DNA of 64,000 bases. It comes from Mobula hypostoma. Taxonomy: Eukaryota. Made by a program: the position numbers and the translations under genes. The notes beneath the pieces are model-generated. The model worked only from the letters and a program-made list of their open reading frames with translations. It was not told where the DNA came from and ran no database searches. Below are positions 52,701 to 62,881 of the stretch, one piece after another; within the stretch, counting starts at the first letter, position 1, and the number at the start of each line of letters is the position of its first letter. Where the stretch lies: assembly GCF_963921235.1 (NCBI RefSeq), contig NC_086097.1:97776001-97840000 (forward strand). The letters run 5' to 3'.

Positions 52701-55700
52701 CAAAAGGTTGGTTTGCTGGTGCAGCAGGCCATTAAGAAGGCAAATGGGATGTTGGCCTTCATTGCAAGAGGGATTGAATTTAAGAGCAGGGAGGTCATGC
52801 TGCAACTATACAGGGTACTGGTGAGGCTGCACCTGGAGTACTGTGTGCAGTTCTGGTCTCCATACTTGAGGAAGGATATACTAGCTTTGGAGGCAGTGCG
52901 GAGGAGGTTCACTGGGTTGATTCCAGAGATGAGGAGGTTAGACTATGAGGAGAGATTGAGTCGCCTGGGACTGTACTCACTGGAATTCAGAATAATGAGA
53001 GGAGATCTTAGATAGATAGAGGCAGGAATGTTGTTTCCGCTGATAGGTGAGACTAGAACTAGGGGACATAGCCTCAAGATTTGTGGGAGTAGATTCAGGA
53101 TGGAGATGAGGAGGAACTGCTTTTCCCGGAGAGTGGTGAATCTGTGGAATTCTCTGCCTAATAAAGCAGTGGTGGGTACCTCAGTAAATATATTTAAGAC
53201 AAGGTTGGACAGATATTTGCATAGTGAGGGAATTAAGGGTTATGGGGAAAAGGCAGGTAGGTGGAGATGAGTCCATGGTCAGATCAGCCATGATCTTATT
53301 GAATGGCAGAGCAGGCTCGATGAGCCAGATGGCCGACTCCTGCTCCTACTTCTTATGTTCTTATGTGTGAAGAAATGGCAGTCACCATAACCAGTGACAA
53401 CCATTAGTGACACTGGAGCACTGCTGCAAGTGTACAGCAATGAGCAGGATTACTTTCTCTCATCTTATTGAAGTACAGAGTCTTTACTCTGCATCCGTAT
53501 GAGGAGTGTAGAGAACCTGTCCAATTAGTTTTTCCAAAGAGATAACCAGGAATATCGATGATGGACTCAAGAGTCACGGAACTGTACAGCATACTATACA
53601 GTTGGTGCAGTCTCTGTAGATTTCAGTAAGACCTTTGATGTGGGAGACTGGCTCAAAATGCAAAACCCTCATGATCTAGAGACTCAGCAAACTGCATTCA
53701 GAAATGACCTGAGAAATGAGGAAGAGTCCTGATGGAAGCAACTGGAAATCTATGACCAGCAGTATACCATGTTAAGACTCTTGCTACTTGTTACTCCATG
53801 GGTTGTCACCTTGTCGTGGTGGAGAGGCTTGTGTGGTCCTGTGATCCCGAGAGTGATGCCGTCTGGAGCTATGCTTCCGGTAGGGTCACCCATGGCGGTA
53901 AGGTCGAGGGTGAGATCCCTGATAAAGAACAATCCAACCAAGACCTCAATGGTCGAACAGGCGGACGAAGTTACTTCGAACTCAACAGCTGTGAAGGCGG
54001 ATGAAGGCTGCAACAAATCCATCAGCTCCAATCGTCGTGGTTTCCATGCCATTGGAATCAGTTGGTTGATTTGTGAAGTATCATGTGCTTCTTGGAGTGC
54101 AACATCAAGTACACGTTAAACAAATATACGCACAGGCATCTTTGCTCTGTAACAGAACGAAGACCATCATCCTCGACCTCCAGGGATAGCCACGACTTGT
54201 TACATTCACTAGCAATCTGGATGTGAATGTTAGGGGCCATTAGTAACTTTGTAAATGATAAGAAAATGGGTGGTGGTGTTGATAGTGAGGAAGTCACTCT
54301 CAGCTTCAGAACAATATTGTCATTTGGTAACATGGACCGAGCAAAGGCAGAGAATAACAATGTGAGGTGAGGTGACACAGTCTACAAACAGGGACAGCAT
54401 ACACATAGTAAATTGTAGGGCTCTGGGGAGAGCATCCACGTCCAAGGGTCTCCATGCGTGCAGCATAGGTAGATGAGGTGGTTAAGAATGCATGAGAGCT
54501 GCTTGCCTCAACAACCAGGACACACAATACGAGAGCAGGGAGATTGTGGCACCACCATGTAAAATATTAGTTAGACCACAGCTGCAGTTTTGGTCACCAT
54601 GCTAATGGAAAGGATGTGAATGTGCTGGAGAGGGTGAAGGGAGAATCACCAGGATGTTACCTGGGTTGAAATGTTCCAGCCACGAGAAGAGGCTCGGCAA
54701 ATTGGACTGGTTTACCATGGAGAGTGCAAAGGTGTAACAGCGCACTGACTGATATACTGTATATAGGATTATGTGGGGCATAGAGTGGGCAAATAGTGAG
54801 AAATCCTTCCCCTTAGCAGAGGTTTCTAGAACTAGAGGGGGTCACTTAGGTAATAAGTGGATTATTTAGAAGTAATTTGAGAAGAGATTTTCCAGCCAGA
54901 GGGTGGTTGGACTCTGGAACATGGTGCCTGGGTGAGTAATGGAGACAGTCACTCTTACAATATGAGAATTTATCAGGCTTACAAGTTATTTGTGCATTTT
55001 GAATATGGGGTTAATCTATTTATATTCATGAGGAGTCATGATGAAGGGTCTTGGTCTGAAATGTCGACTCTTTATTCCTTTCCATAGATGCTGCCCGGCC
55101 CACTGAGTTACTCCCAATTTTGTGTGTGTTACTCTGGATTTCCAGCCTCTGCAGAATCTCTTACATTTAAGAACAGAACAAAACCTGCACGTTAATAATT
55201 CCCAGTAAGGACTAATCCATCCCATGAGCCAGCTTTGATTAGTAACTATAGTACTTCTATTCTCCAAATTCCCTCTACTGTAGTCAATTCCAACACTGGG
55301 TACAGCACCTTGTCTAACACAAGACAAAACCACATTAACTGTGGAGAACGCAAGGCTGCAATCCTCACCCAGGTTACACATACTCAACCTGTACATACCT
55401 TCGAGCACTGGGGAGACCAGTGAGGTGAATGGGGATGGATCTGCCGCTGATCCAGGGCTGCAGGTATTTCTGCTGGGTGGGAACGGGGTATTTCCTCATG
55501 CCTTCACCAAGTCACAAAAGCCAGGGCTGGGAGGAGCCATGCAGAGCTCGGAGCACTGAGCAGACTCACTCACTCACTGAGATGGTGAGGCCGGCTGACA
55601 GCCGCTTTTTCCACGCCTGTCACTGTCAGTTACGGCTGTTTCTGTTCATTCTCAATTCATGCACAGTTCTCTGGAGGAGAACTCTGTTGTAGCGTGGAGA

Positions 55701-58700
55701 CTGCCTGCACAAAAGTGATCAGGGAAGGAAACTAGCTCAGGTAGGCAAGTTGGGCTGAAGGTTTGCCCCCCATGCTGTATAAGTGTCTGACTCAGCTGGT
55801 TGCACTCTTGCTCAGCCACAGTCCAAATGATTAAACTCAGCCAGTATGGTTCAGCAGCGTTCAATGCCTTAAGGAGCTAGGTAAGCAGCTAAATTACCGA
55901 GTGGCTTCTCAAGTTAGTCCCTAGCATTACAACCAACCTGAAGCCCAATGTCAAGTTTCTTTAGGAGATCTGTCACAGCTTCCAAGTCCTTTAAACTTTG
56001 CTTTGCCAGCTGGGAAACAGCTAACTCCCCTTTCATCAGTGGGTTCAACACACTGCTCAATTCTTCTATGTCCAACTTGACTTCGATGTACTTGTACAGG
56101 TGCAAGAGCTGAATAAGAGAAAATGGGAGCTTAGATGTCATAAATCATCCTTCCTGCTAATTTTCATGTTGTATTCTCCACAGCATTTGTATTTAAGGGA
56201 AATAAAGGTACAATAAGATTCTGATAATCCACTGTCTGACCATTTGGAAATCATTTGCCACATATGCCTTTCAACTTTCTAAACACTGCACTCTTGTTAA
56301 AATGACCAGGGTCCCAGTTCCCACATTACCTAAAAACTTGCTATAATCAATGGAAAATTTATGATACATACCATAACATCTAAAAAAAAAACTGAATTAA
56401 AAATGTGTTGAAACAACATGAAACACTCAAAAATCTGCTGATCAGAGAGCAAAGTCCTGAGCATACCTGATTAGCAGAGTTTTGCTGTGAACTAATAAGA
56501 GAATGGAACAGAGTGCTGAAGTTCACTGGGAGCAGAACGACTGCCATTGACCTGTTCCTTTAACCGCCCAACATACACAAAATGTCAACAGGTCAGGCAG
56601 CACCTATGCAAAAGAGTACAGTCAATGTCTCGGCCCGAAACGTCAACTGTACTCTTTTCCATAGATGCTGCCTGGCCTGCTGAGTTCCTCCAGCATTTTG
56701 TGTATGTTGCTCAGATTTCCAGCGTCTGCAGATATTCTCTCGTTTGTGATCTAGACTGCCCAACCACTTCCTTGCAGTTGCCGATGGAATGATCAAGCGA
56801 TGCCAATAAACTGCCAATAACATAAAACTTACATTATTCTGTGACAGGGAGAGATTGTAGAACATGGCTTCCATCTCTCGTTTGGTCAGCTTCCCTGTCT
56901 ATAAAGGAAGACAGAGGTTAAATGTTAAAACATTATGGGAGATGGCAAAACAATGCATTTAGAAATACACCAATTCTATATTATATAATTAGAGATGTGT
57001 TTAAAGGCATAGATATCAATTGACGTCTCCTGTATGATGAATACAAGAATGTCAAATCCAGTATGTTCACGAACTTCACGGATTGTCTAGAGTCCAGTCT
57101 CAGGATAATGCACCTCATTTGCGCAATTGCCCTCAAAGGTGTGGCCCACAAGGCTGCGTCCTCGGCCCCCTATGCACTTACAAATGTGTGGTCAAATTCT
57201 GCTGGAACTCTATCAACAAGTTTACAGGTGATACCACAGTAGTAGGCCAGATCTCAAACAATGATGAGTTGGCATACAGAGAGGACAGCTTAGTGACATG
57301 GTGTCATGACACAACCTTTCCCTCAATGCCAACAATACTATAGAGCAGGTCATTCATTCAAAAAGGGGCAGTACACATGCTCCTGTCTACATCAAAGGTG
57401 CTGAACTTGAGAGCTTCAAGTTCCTAGGAGTGAACATCGCCAATTGCCTGTCCTGGGTCCAACCACACGATCAGCGCTTCTAATTCCATAGGAGGCTAAA
57501 GAAATTTGTCATATCCCCTTGGCCATGAACCAATTTGTATCAAAGAACCATGGAAATCATCTATCCAGATGCACCACAGCTTGTATGGGAACTGCTCTGC
57601 CCAAGACCATAAGGAACTGCAGGGAGCTGTGGACAGCTCAGCACATCATGGAAATCAGCCTCCCCTCCAGGGACTCCACCTACATTCTTGCTGCTTTAGT
57701 AAAGCAGCCAACAGATTCAAAGATCCCACCACACCAACATTCTTTTCTTCCCCTTCCATCAGGCAGAAGCTGAAAAGCCTGAAAGCTACCAGGTTAAAGG
57801 ACAGTTTCTACTCCAGTTATAAGACTATTGAATGGACTTGACCTCATTTATGGCCCTACAGCTTATTATCCTGCCTGCACTCCACTTTCCCTATAAATGT
57901 AACACTTTATTCTCCTCCAATGTCCTCAGTATTGTTAAAGAGTAAATACAGATACCTCTGTGGCTTATGAATGCCTGCCTCACAGTTACCCCATAAATAA
58001 AATTGAGCATTTGGAGACCAATGGGATGAATTTGCCAATTTCTACAGGCTCCTTCTACCAAATGGGAATGGGGTACTTTCATGTGCCTTCTCTTCCCAGC
58101 CCATCACAATCAAAGTTGCAAGTGTCAGACCTAGGGGCACTGAGCAGACTCACTCATCAAGTCAGTGAGACCGGCTGGCAGAGGCAGCCTCTCTTCCTGC
58201 GCCCATTGCTCTCCCATCACAGCTGTTTATAGAAAGATAGAAAATAGGTGCAGGAGTAGGCCATTCGGCCCTTTGAGCCTGCACCGCCATTCAGTATGAT
58301 CATGGCTGATCATCCAACTCAGAACCCTGTATCTGCCTTCTCTCCATACCTCCTGATCCCTTTAGCCACAAGGGCCATATCTAACTCCCTCTTAAGTACA
58401 ACCAATGAACTGGCCTCAACTGTTTCCTGTGGCAGAGAATTCCACAGATTCACCACTCTCTGTGTGAAGAAGTTTTTCCCCATCTCGGTCCTAAAAGGCT
58501 TCCCCTTTGTCCTTAAACTGTGACCCCTCGTTCTGGACTTCCCCAACATCGGGAACAATCTTCCTGCATCTAGCCTGTCCAATCCCTTCAGAATTTTATA
58601 CGTTTCAATCAGATCCCCCCTCAATCTTCTAAATTCCAGAGAGTACAAGCCTAGTCGATCCAGTCTTTCATCATATGAAAGTCCTGCCATCCCAGGAATC

Positions 58701-61700
58701 AATCTGGTGAATCTTCTTAGTACTCCCTCTATGGCAAGAATGTCTATCCTCAGATTAGGGGACCAAAAACTGCACACAATACTCCAGGTGTGGTCTCACC
58801 AAGGCCTTATACAACTGCAGTAGTACCTCCCTGCTCCTGTACTCGAATCCTCTCGCTATAAATGCCAGCATACCATTCGCCTTTTTCACCGCCTGCTGTA
58901 CCTGCATGCCCACTTTCAATGACTGGTGTATAATGACACCCAGGTCTCGTTGCACCTCCCCTTTTCCTAATCGACCACCATTCAGATAATAATCTGCTTT
59001 CCTGTTTTTGCCACCAAAGTGGATAACCTCACATTTATCCACATTAAATTGCATCTGCCATGAATTTGCCCACTCACCCAACCTATCCAAGTCACTCTGC
59101 ATCCTCTTAGCATCCTCCTCACTGCTAACACTGCCACCCAGCTTCGTGTCATCCGCAAACTTGGAAATGCTGCATTTAATTCCCTCATCTAAGTCATTAA
59201 TATATATTGTAAACAACTGGAGTCCCAGTACTGAGCCTTGCAGTACCCCACTAGTCACTGTCTGCCATTCTGAAAAGGTCCCGTTAATTCCCACTCTTTG
59301 CTTCCTGTCTGCCAACCAATTCTCTATCCACATCAATACCTTACCCCCAATACCGTGTGCTTTAAGTTTGCATACTAATCTCCTGTGTGGGACCTTGTCA
59401 AAAGCCTTTTGAAAATCCAAATATACCACATCCACTGGTTCTCCCCTATCCACTCTACTAGTTACATCCTCAAAAAATTCTATGAGATTCGTCAGACATG
59501 ATTTTCCTTTCACAAATCCATGCTGACTTTGTCCAATGATTTCACCGCTTTCCAAATGTGCTGTTACCACGTCTTTGATAACTGACTCTAGCAGTTTCCC
59601 CACCACCGATGTCAGGCTTACCGGTCTATAATTCCCCGGTTTCTCTCTCCCTCCTTTTTTAAAAAGTGGAGTTACATTAGCCACCCTCCAATCCTCAGGA
59701 ACTAATCCAGAATCTAAAAGAGTTTTGAAAAATTATCACTAATGCACCCACTATTTCTTGGGCCACTTCCTTAAGCACTATGGGATGCAGACCATCTGGC
59801 CCTGGGGATTTATCTGCCTTTAGTCTCTTCAATTTACCTAACACCACTTCCCTACTAACATGTATTTCCCTCAGTTCCTTCATCTCACTAGACCCTCGGT
59901 CCCCGACTATTTCCTGAAGATTATTTATGTCCTCCTTAGTGAAGACAGAACCAAAGCAGTTATTCAATTGGTCTGCCATGTCCTTGTTCCCCATGATCAA
60001 TTCACCTGTTTCTGACTGTAAGGGACCTACATTTGTCTTAACCAATCTTTTTCTTTTCACATATCTATAAAAGCTTTAACAGTCAGTTTTTATGTTCCCT
60101 GCCAGCTTTTTCTCATAATCTTTTTTCCCTTTCCTAATTAAGCCCTTTGTCCTCCTCTGCTGGACTCTGAATTTCTCCCAGTCCTCAGGTGAGCCACTTT
60201 CTCTGGCTAATTTGTATGTTTCTTCTTTGGAATTGATACTATCCCTAATTTCCCTTGACAACCACGGGTGCACTACCTTCCCTGATTTATTCTTTTGCCA
60301 AACTAGGATAAACAATTGTTGTAGTTCATCCATGCGATCTTTAAATGCTTGCCATTGCATATCCACTGTCAACCCTTTAAGTATCATTTGTCAGTCTATC
60401 TTAGCTAATTCACATCTCATACCTTCAAAGTTACCCTTCTTTAAGGTCAGAATCTTTGTTACTGAATTAACTATATCACTCTCCATCTTAATGAAGAATT
60501 CCACCATATTATGGTCACTCTTACCCAAAGGGCCTCGCATGACAAGATCGCTAATTAACCCTTCCTCATTGCTCAATACCCAGTCTAGAATAGCCTGCTC
60601 TCTCGTTGGTTCCTCGACATGTTGGTTTAGAAAACCATCCCGCATACATTCCAAGAAATCCTCTTCCTCAGCACCCTTACCAATTTGGTTCACCCAATCT
60701 ATATGTAGATTGAAGTCACCCATTATAATTGCTGTTCCTTTATTGCACGCATTTCTAATTTCCTGTTTAACGCCATCTCCAACCTCACTACTACTGTTAG
60801 GTGGCCTGTACACAACTCCCACCAGTGTTTTCTGCCCCTTAGTGTTATGCAGCTCTACCCATATCGATTCCACATCCTCCTGGCTAATGTCCTTCCTTTC
60901 TATTGTGTTAATCTCCTCTCTAACCAGCAACGCCACCCCACCTCCTTTTCTTTCATGTCTATCCCTCCTGAATATTGAATATCCCTGAATGTTGAACTCC
61001 CATCCTTGGTCACCCTGGAACCATGTCTCTGTGATCCCAACTATATCATATTCATTAATAACTATCTGCACTTTCAATTCATCCACCTTGTTACGAATGC
61101 TCCTTGCATTGACACACAAAGCCTTCAGGCTTGCTTTTACAACACTCTTAGCCCTTATACAATTATGTTGAAAAGTGGCCCTTTTTGACTTTTGCCCTGG
61201 ATTTGCCAGCCTGCCACTTTTACTTTTCACCTTACTACTTTTTGCTTCCACCCTCATTTTACACCCCTCTGTCTCTCTGCACTTGTTCCCATCCCCCTGC
61301 CTCATTAGTATAAACAACAGTAGCAAACGCTCTACTCCCCACACACTGTGGTTTTGTTCTTGACTGAGGACCAGTTCCCAAGAACAGAACACTGTTGTAA
61401 CCTGGGGACTGCCTGTACAAGTTGAAATCAAATCATTTCCCCCCTACAATCCATCTATGCCATGCACTGTATACAGCTGGTAAGATGGCAAATTTGCGAG
61501 GGATCAGGCACAGCCAGAAACAGAACTATTTTTGGATGCCGTGACATGTGATGCTGAGTCCAGTTTTATTTAATCAGCTCCGTGACTTACCATGACATCG
61601 CACAGGATGTTGCACACCTGCTGGAGTTTGTCCTCCGGTATCCCACAATGCAGCAGCACTGCCTTCAGCAGGCAGATATGGTTCAGATAGATGCTATAGT

Positions 61701-62757
61701 TCCTCTCCTGAAAAACAAATAAATGTAATCATTTCGCAAGCAGTAGCTTATAATAATCAGCCCACCACACTACAGCCCCAGAGGCTTCAAAAGGGAAAGA
61801 AATAACTGATTGGCTTTCCTTTAATCCTTCCCTGCTTAATAATAGTTACCACAGAATTGTAAATTCCAACTTGCAGTTTTCTCGCCAGGGATTTCTGCAG
61901 TGTCATCTATATGTGACAAGTTAATTTAAAGCAATGAGACTCCTAACAGCAGTGTGTCATTTTGATTACAATCCCTCTGTGTTATGCAGCGTCATTGGTA
62001 ACTGTATGGCCAGCACTATCACTACATCTGGCCACACAGTGAGCAGCAAAGATCACCACTTTAAACCCGCAAAATCAGCAACAACTTCAGCTTTCTAGCT
62101 GCCTTGCCAGAACTGTGACAATTGAGAAACCATTGGCAAGATGCGAATATTTTGCAAGGATCTATTTCAGCAAGGATTTTTCTTTGTAGGAGTGGGATTT
62201 CAGCAGCCATGCAAGGGTGGTTGGAGGGTGAGTGAGTGTTGGTGGACAGGGGAGAACTGGTGAACTGAGAAAGGCAGAAAAGGCATGCATTTCTACACGT
62301 AATGTCAGCAGGTCTGGCAAATTTTCCAGACTACTGGATGTTTTTCTCCAACAAACTTCTAATTCATTTTTTTTCAGATATCACAAAGTAGAATAATAAA
62401 TCTTCCAGGAGAATCCAGCAAGTGAACAGGAGCTCAGGAAGCTGGAAGCTGATGAAGCCTTGCTGAAATCATCGCAATTTCCAAACACTAGGATAGCAGA
62501 TGGTGAGTTTAACTGCTCTGACCCTATCTGAGGCATTAAAAAAAGAATCAGATTAAAAGTGGTGACAAACTGTGAATTGAATCCATACCTGCAGTACATG
62601 AAACAATTTAATAATCTGGGCAATGGCTTGGATGATCTCTGCATCTGGTAGCAAGTTGTTTGTGTTCGGTGTGACAATATCAAATGCACATTCTAAGAGT
62701 TCTTTAGGGTGAGAGCGGTGCGGCCTTCGAGGTCTGAATACTCGTTCAATACAATAC
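28670..62757 (-). CDS. EIF2AK4: eIF2-alpha kinase GCN2 (EIF2AK4 or EIF2AK4-like), 3' part: 15 spliced coding exons (HisRS-like domain + C-terminal domain); 5' exons lie beyond the window end
   Basis: 15 exons with GT-AG sites and matching phases join into one stop-free frame (1534 nt) ending [13 protein letters not shown]. Contains the GCN2 motifs [20 protein letters not shown] and ILAAGGRYD, recognised from recalled vertebrate GCN2. Confidence 0.96.
28785..29320 (+). mobile_element. Rex/Babar-like LINE 3' end
   Basis: same family as 31390-31860, 49340-49810 and 57140-57910; aaacctgattctga tail. Confidence 0.7.
29658..30237. repeat. 54-bp minisatellite, about 10.7 units, in the last EIF2AK4 intron
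   Basis: unit CAACCAGGAGTCCTGCCCCCACAACGCCCACCCCACACATTACCACCTCTGCAG. Confidence 0.98.
30261..30379 (-). CDS. EIF2AK4: GCN2 exon: [39 protein letters not shown](R)
   Basis: gttttcccag|TGT ... AG|gtaagg; 119 nt; PKQRYLK motif. Confidence 0.94.
30996..31040 (-). CDS. EIF2AK4: GCN2 exon: [15 protein letters not shown]
   Basis: aatttgcag|GTT ... AAG|gtaagg; 45 nt. Confidence 0.9.
31390..31860 (+). mobile_element. Rex/Babar-like LINE 3' end
   Basis: [30 protein letters not shown]-like coding end. Confidence 0.7.
32832..33550. repeat. perfect 70-bp inverted repeat (32832-32901 / 33481-33550), 579-bp spacer
   Basis: base-by-base reverse-complement match of both arms. Confidence 0.95.
34445..34611. 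repeat. palindrome of two Penelope-derived units, 83-bp arms, 1-nt centre, 1 mismatch
   Basis: centre at 34528; only mismatch is 34487 vs 34569. Confidence 0.95.
34476..34511 (-). ncRNA. minimal type-I hammerhead ribozyme motif, intact core, on the EIF2AK4 sense strand
   Basis: AGTC-CTGACGA-AGGGTCTCGGCCT-GAAAC-GTC^GACT. Confidence 0.75.
34855..34923 (-). CDS. EIF2AK4: GCN2 exon: [23 protein letters not shown]
   Basis: tttcttctcag|GTT ... ATG|gtaagt; 69 nt. Confidence 0.92.
35280..35580 (-). mobile_element. short interspersed repeat with RTE-like 3' end (copy 2)
   Basis: similar to 8730-9115. Confidence 0.55.
35630..35727 (-). CDS. EIF2AK4: GCN2 exon: (G)[32 protein letters not shown]
   Basis: cttctcacag|GA ... 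AAG|gtgaga; 98 nt, phase 1/0. Confidence 0.88.
35770..37290 (-). mobile_element. degenerate CR1
   Basis: [29 protein letters not shown] across frameshifts. Confidence 0.9.
37603..38003 (+). mobile_element. CR1 3' end
   Basis: DLIETY...[14 protein letters not shown]. Confidence 0.85.
38660..38718 (-). CDS. EIF2AK4: GCN2 exon: (R)[19 protein letters not shown](G)
   Basis: ttctaagcag|G ... G|gtaact; 59 nt; phase 2/1 exactly bridges the neighbouring exons; low sequence conservation (linker). Confidence 0.82.
38885..39262 (-). mobile_element. CR1 remnant with large internal deletions
   Basis: EIRKAKR..KINPK joined directly to [13 protein letters not shown] and a (TATATGGT)n tail. Confidence 0.75.
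41432..41544 (-). CDS. EIF2AK4: GCN2 exon: [37 protein letters not shown](R)
   Basis: ccttccctcag|GTG ... AG|gtgagc; 113 nt, phase 0/2. Confidence 0.94.
44740..44820 (-). CDS. EIF2AK4: GCN2 exon: [27 protein letters not shown]
   Basis: ctttttccatgaacag|GAA ... AAG|gtacaa; 81 nt; LVSDKE motif. Confidence 0.9.
45555..47354 (+). mobile_element. young 5'-truncated CR1 (RT domain to tail)
   Basis: ORFs 45561-46553 and 46675-47262; (CTATTGT)n tail. Confidence 0.95.
48046..48125. mobile_element. 80-bp hAT/Charlie-like MITE nested in an old CR1 3' end
   Basis: inverted termini GGGTTCCCAACCT/AGGTTGGGAACCC; 8-bp flanks GTTTAGAG and TTTTAGAG. Confidence 0.7.
48370..48632 (+). mobile_element. degenerate tRNA-derived SINE
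   Basis: B-box-like GGTTTGATTCC followed by tgtaaagagtttgtacgttctccc. Confidence 0.6.
48718..48846 (-). CDS. EIF2AK4: GCN2 exon: [43 protein letters not shown]
   Basis: ttccattccag|CCT ... CAG|gtaaag; 129 nt; QxLWTxGIxAE motif. Confidence 0.9.
49062..49166 (-). CDS. EIF2AK4: GCN2 exon: [35 protein letters not shown]
   Basis: ctctctcag|ATC ... CCA|gtgagt; 105 nt; [10 protein letters not shown] motif. Confidence 0.93.
49340..49810 (+). mobile_element. Rex/Babar-like LINE 3' end
   Basis: [13 protein letters not shown]...[19 protein letters not shown]. Confidence 0.8.
50733..51029 (-). mobile_element. tRNA-derived V-type SINE with CR1-like tail
   Basis: A box TGGTATAGTGG, B box GGTTCAAATCC, central gcgtgggttt..gtgctccggtttcc, gaagggcc tail and (AATA)n. 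Confidence 0.75.
51185..51319 (-). CDS. EIF2AK4: GCN2 exon: [45 protein letters not shown]
   Basis: gctttgcag|GTG ... CTG|gtgagt; 135 nt; AAGGRYD HisRS-type signature. Confidence 0.95.
51815..53365 (+). mobile_element. degenerate CR1
   Basis: [15 protein letters not shown] to ORF2 end; (TTCTTATG)n tail. Confidence 0.9.
53795..54194 (+). mobile_element. 400-bp non-autonomous RTE-derived element with 9-bp target-site duplication
   Basis: ACTTGTTAC at 53786-53794 and 54195-54203; 5' end resembles RTE 5' UTRs (cttgtcgtggtg...gtagggtcaccca); inserted in an old CR1. Confidence 0.65.
55033..55165 (+). mobile_element. short Penelope-derived element, hammerhead core mutated
   Basis: GAGTC-ATGATGA-AGGGTCTTGGTCT-GAAAT-GTC-GACTC. 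Confidence 0.7.
55938..56108 (-). CDS. EIF2AK4: GCN2 exon: [57 protein letters not shown]
   Basis: tctcttattcag|CTC ... CAG|gttggt; 171 nt. Confidence 0.93.
56570..56745. mobile_element. Penelope-derived element, inverted pair of partial units
   Basis: two opposed family cores joined within the hammerhead region. Confidence 0.65.
56833..56898 (-). CDS. EIF2AK4: GCN2 exon: [22 protein letters not shown]
   Basis: cctttatag|ACA ... AAT|gtaagt; 66 nt. Confidence 0.93.
57140..57910 (+). mobile_element. Rex/Babar-like LINE RT fragment
   Basis: [10 protein letters not shown]...[22 protein letters not shown]. Confidence 0.75.
58230..61300 (-). mobile_element. CR1 LINE, near-complete ORF2 (APE + RT) with a few stops and frameshifts
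   Basis: [38 protein letters not shown]; four consecutive ORF pieces. Confidence 0.95.
61591..61707 (-). CDS. EIF2AK4: GCN2 exon: [39 protein letters not shown]
   Basis: tttttcag|GAG ... ATG|gtaagt; 117 nt, phase 0/0. Confidence 0.95.
62589..62757 (-). CDS. EIF2AK4: GCN2 exon: (R)[56 protein letters not shown]
   Basis: acceptor ttatcacaag|G, donor CAG|gtatgg; 169 nt; HisRS-like motif 2 (VFR). Confidence 0.95.
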
Positions 62758-62881
62758 CTTGTGATAAAGAAACAGATAAGATGGCCGATGGCATCAACAC
62801 AAGAGGTTTCAAAACTAAATAAAATAACACACACAGTCTACATTTTATCATCAATGAGTATCATATAACCCAAGAAGGATT

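Noticed and set aside
53795..53960. HDV-like or twister ribozyme in the RTE-derived element
   Set aside because: Could not map the HDV nested double pseudoknot or the twister conserved nucleotides; kept only as an unassigned structure.
60212..60988. 258-aa plus-strand ORF and similar antisense ORFs (e.g. 10422-10994, 46656-47228)
   Set aside because: Shadow frames opposite CR1 ORF2.
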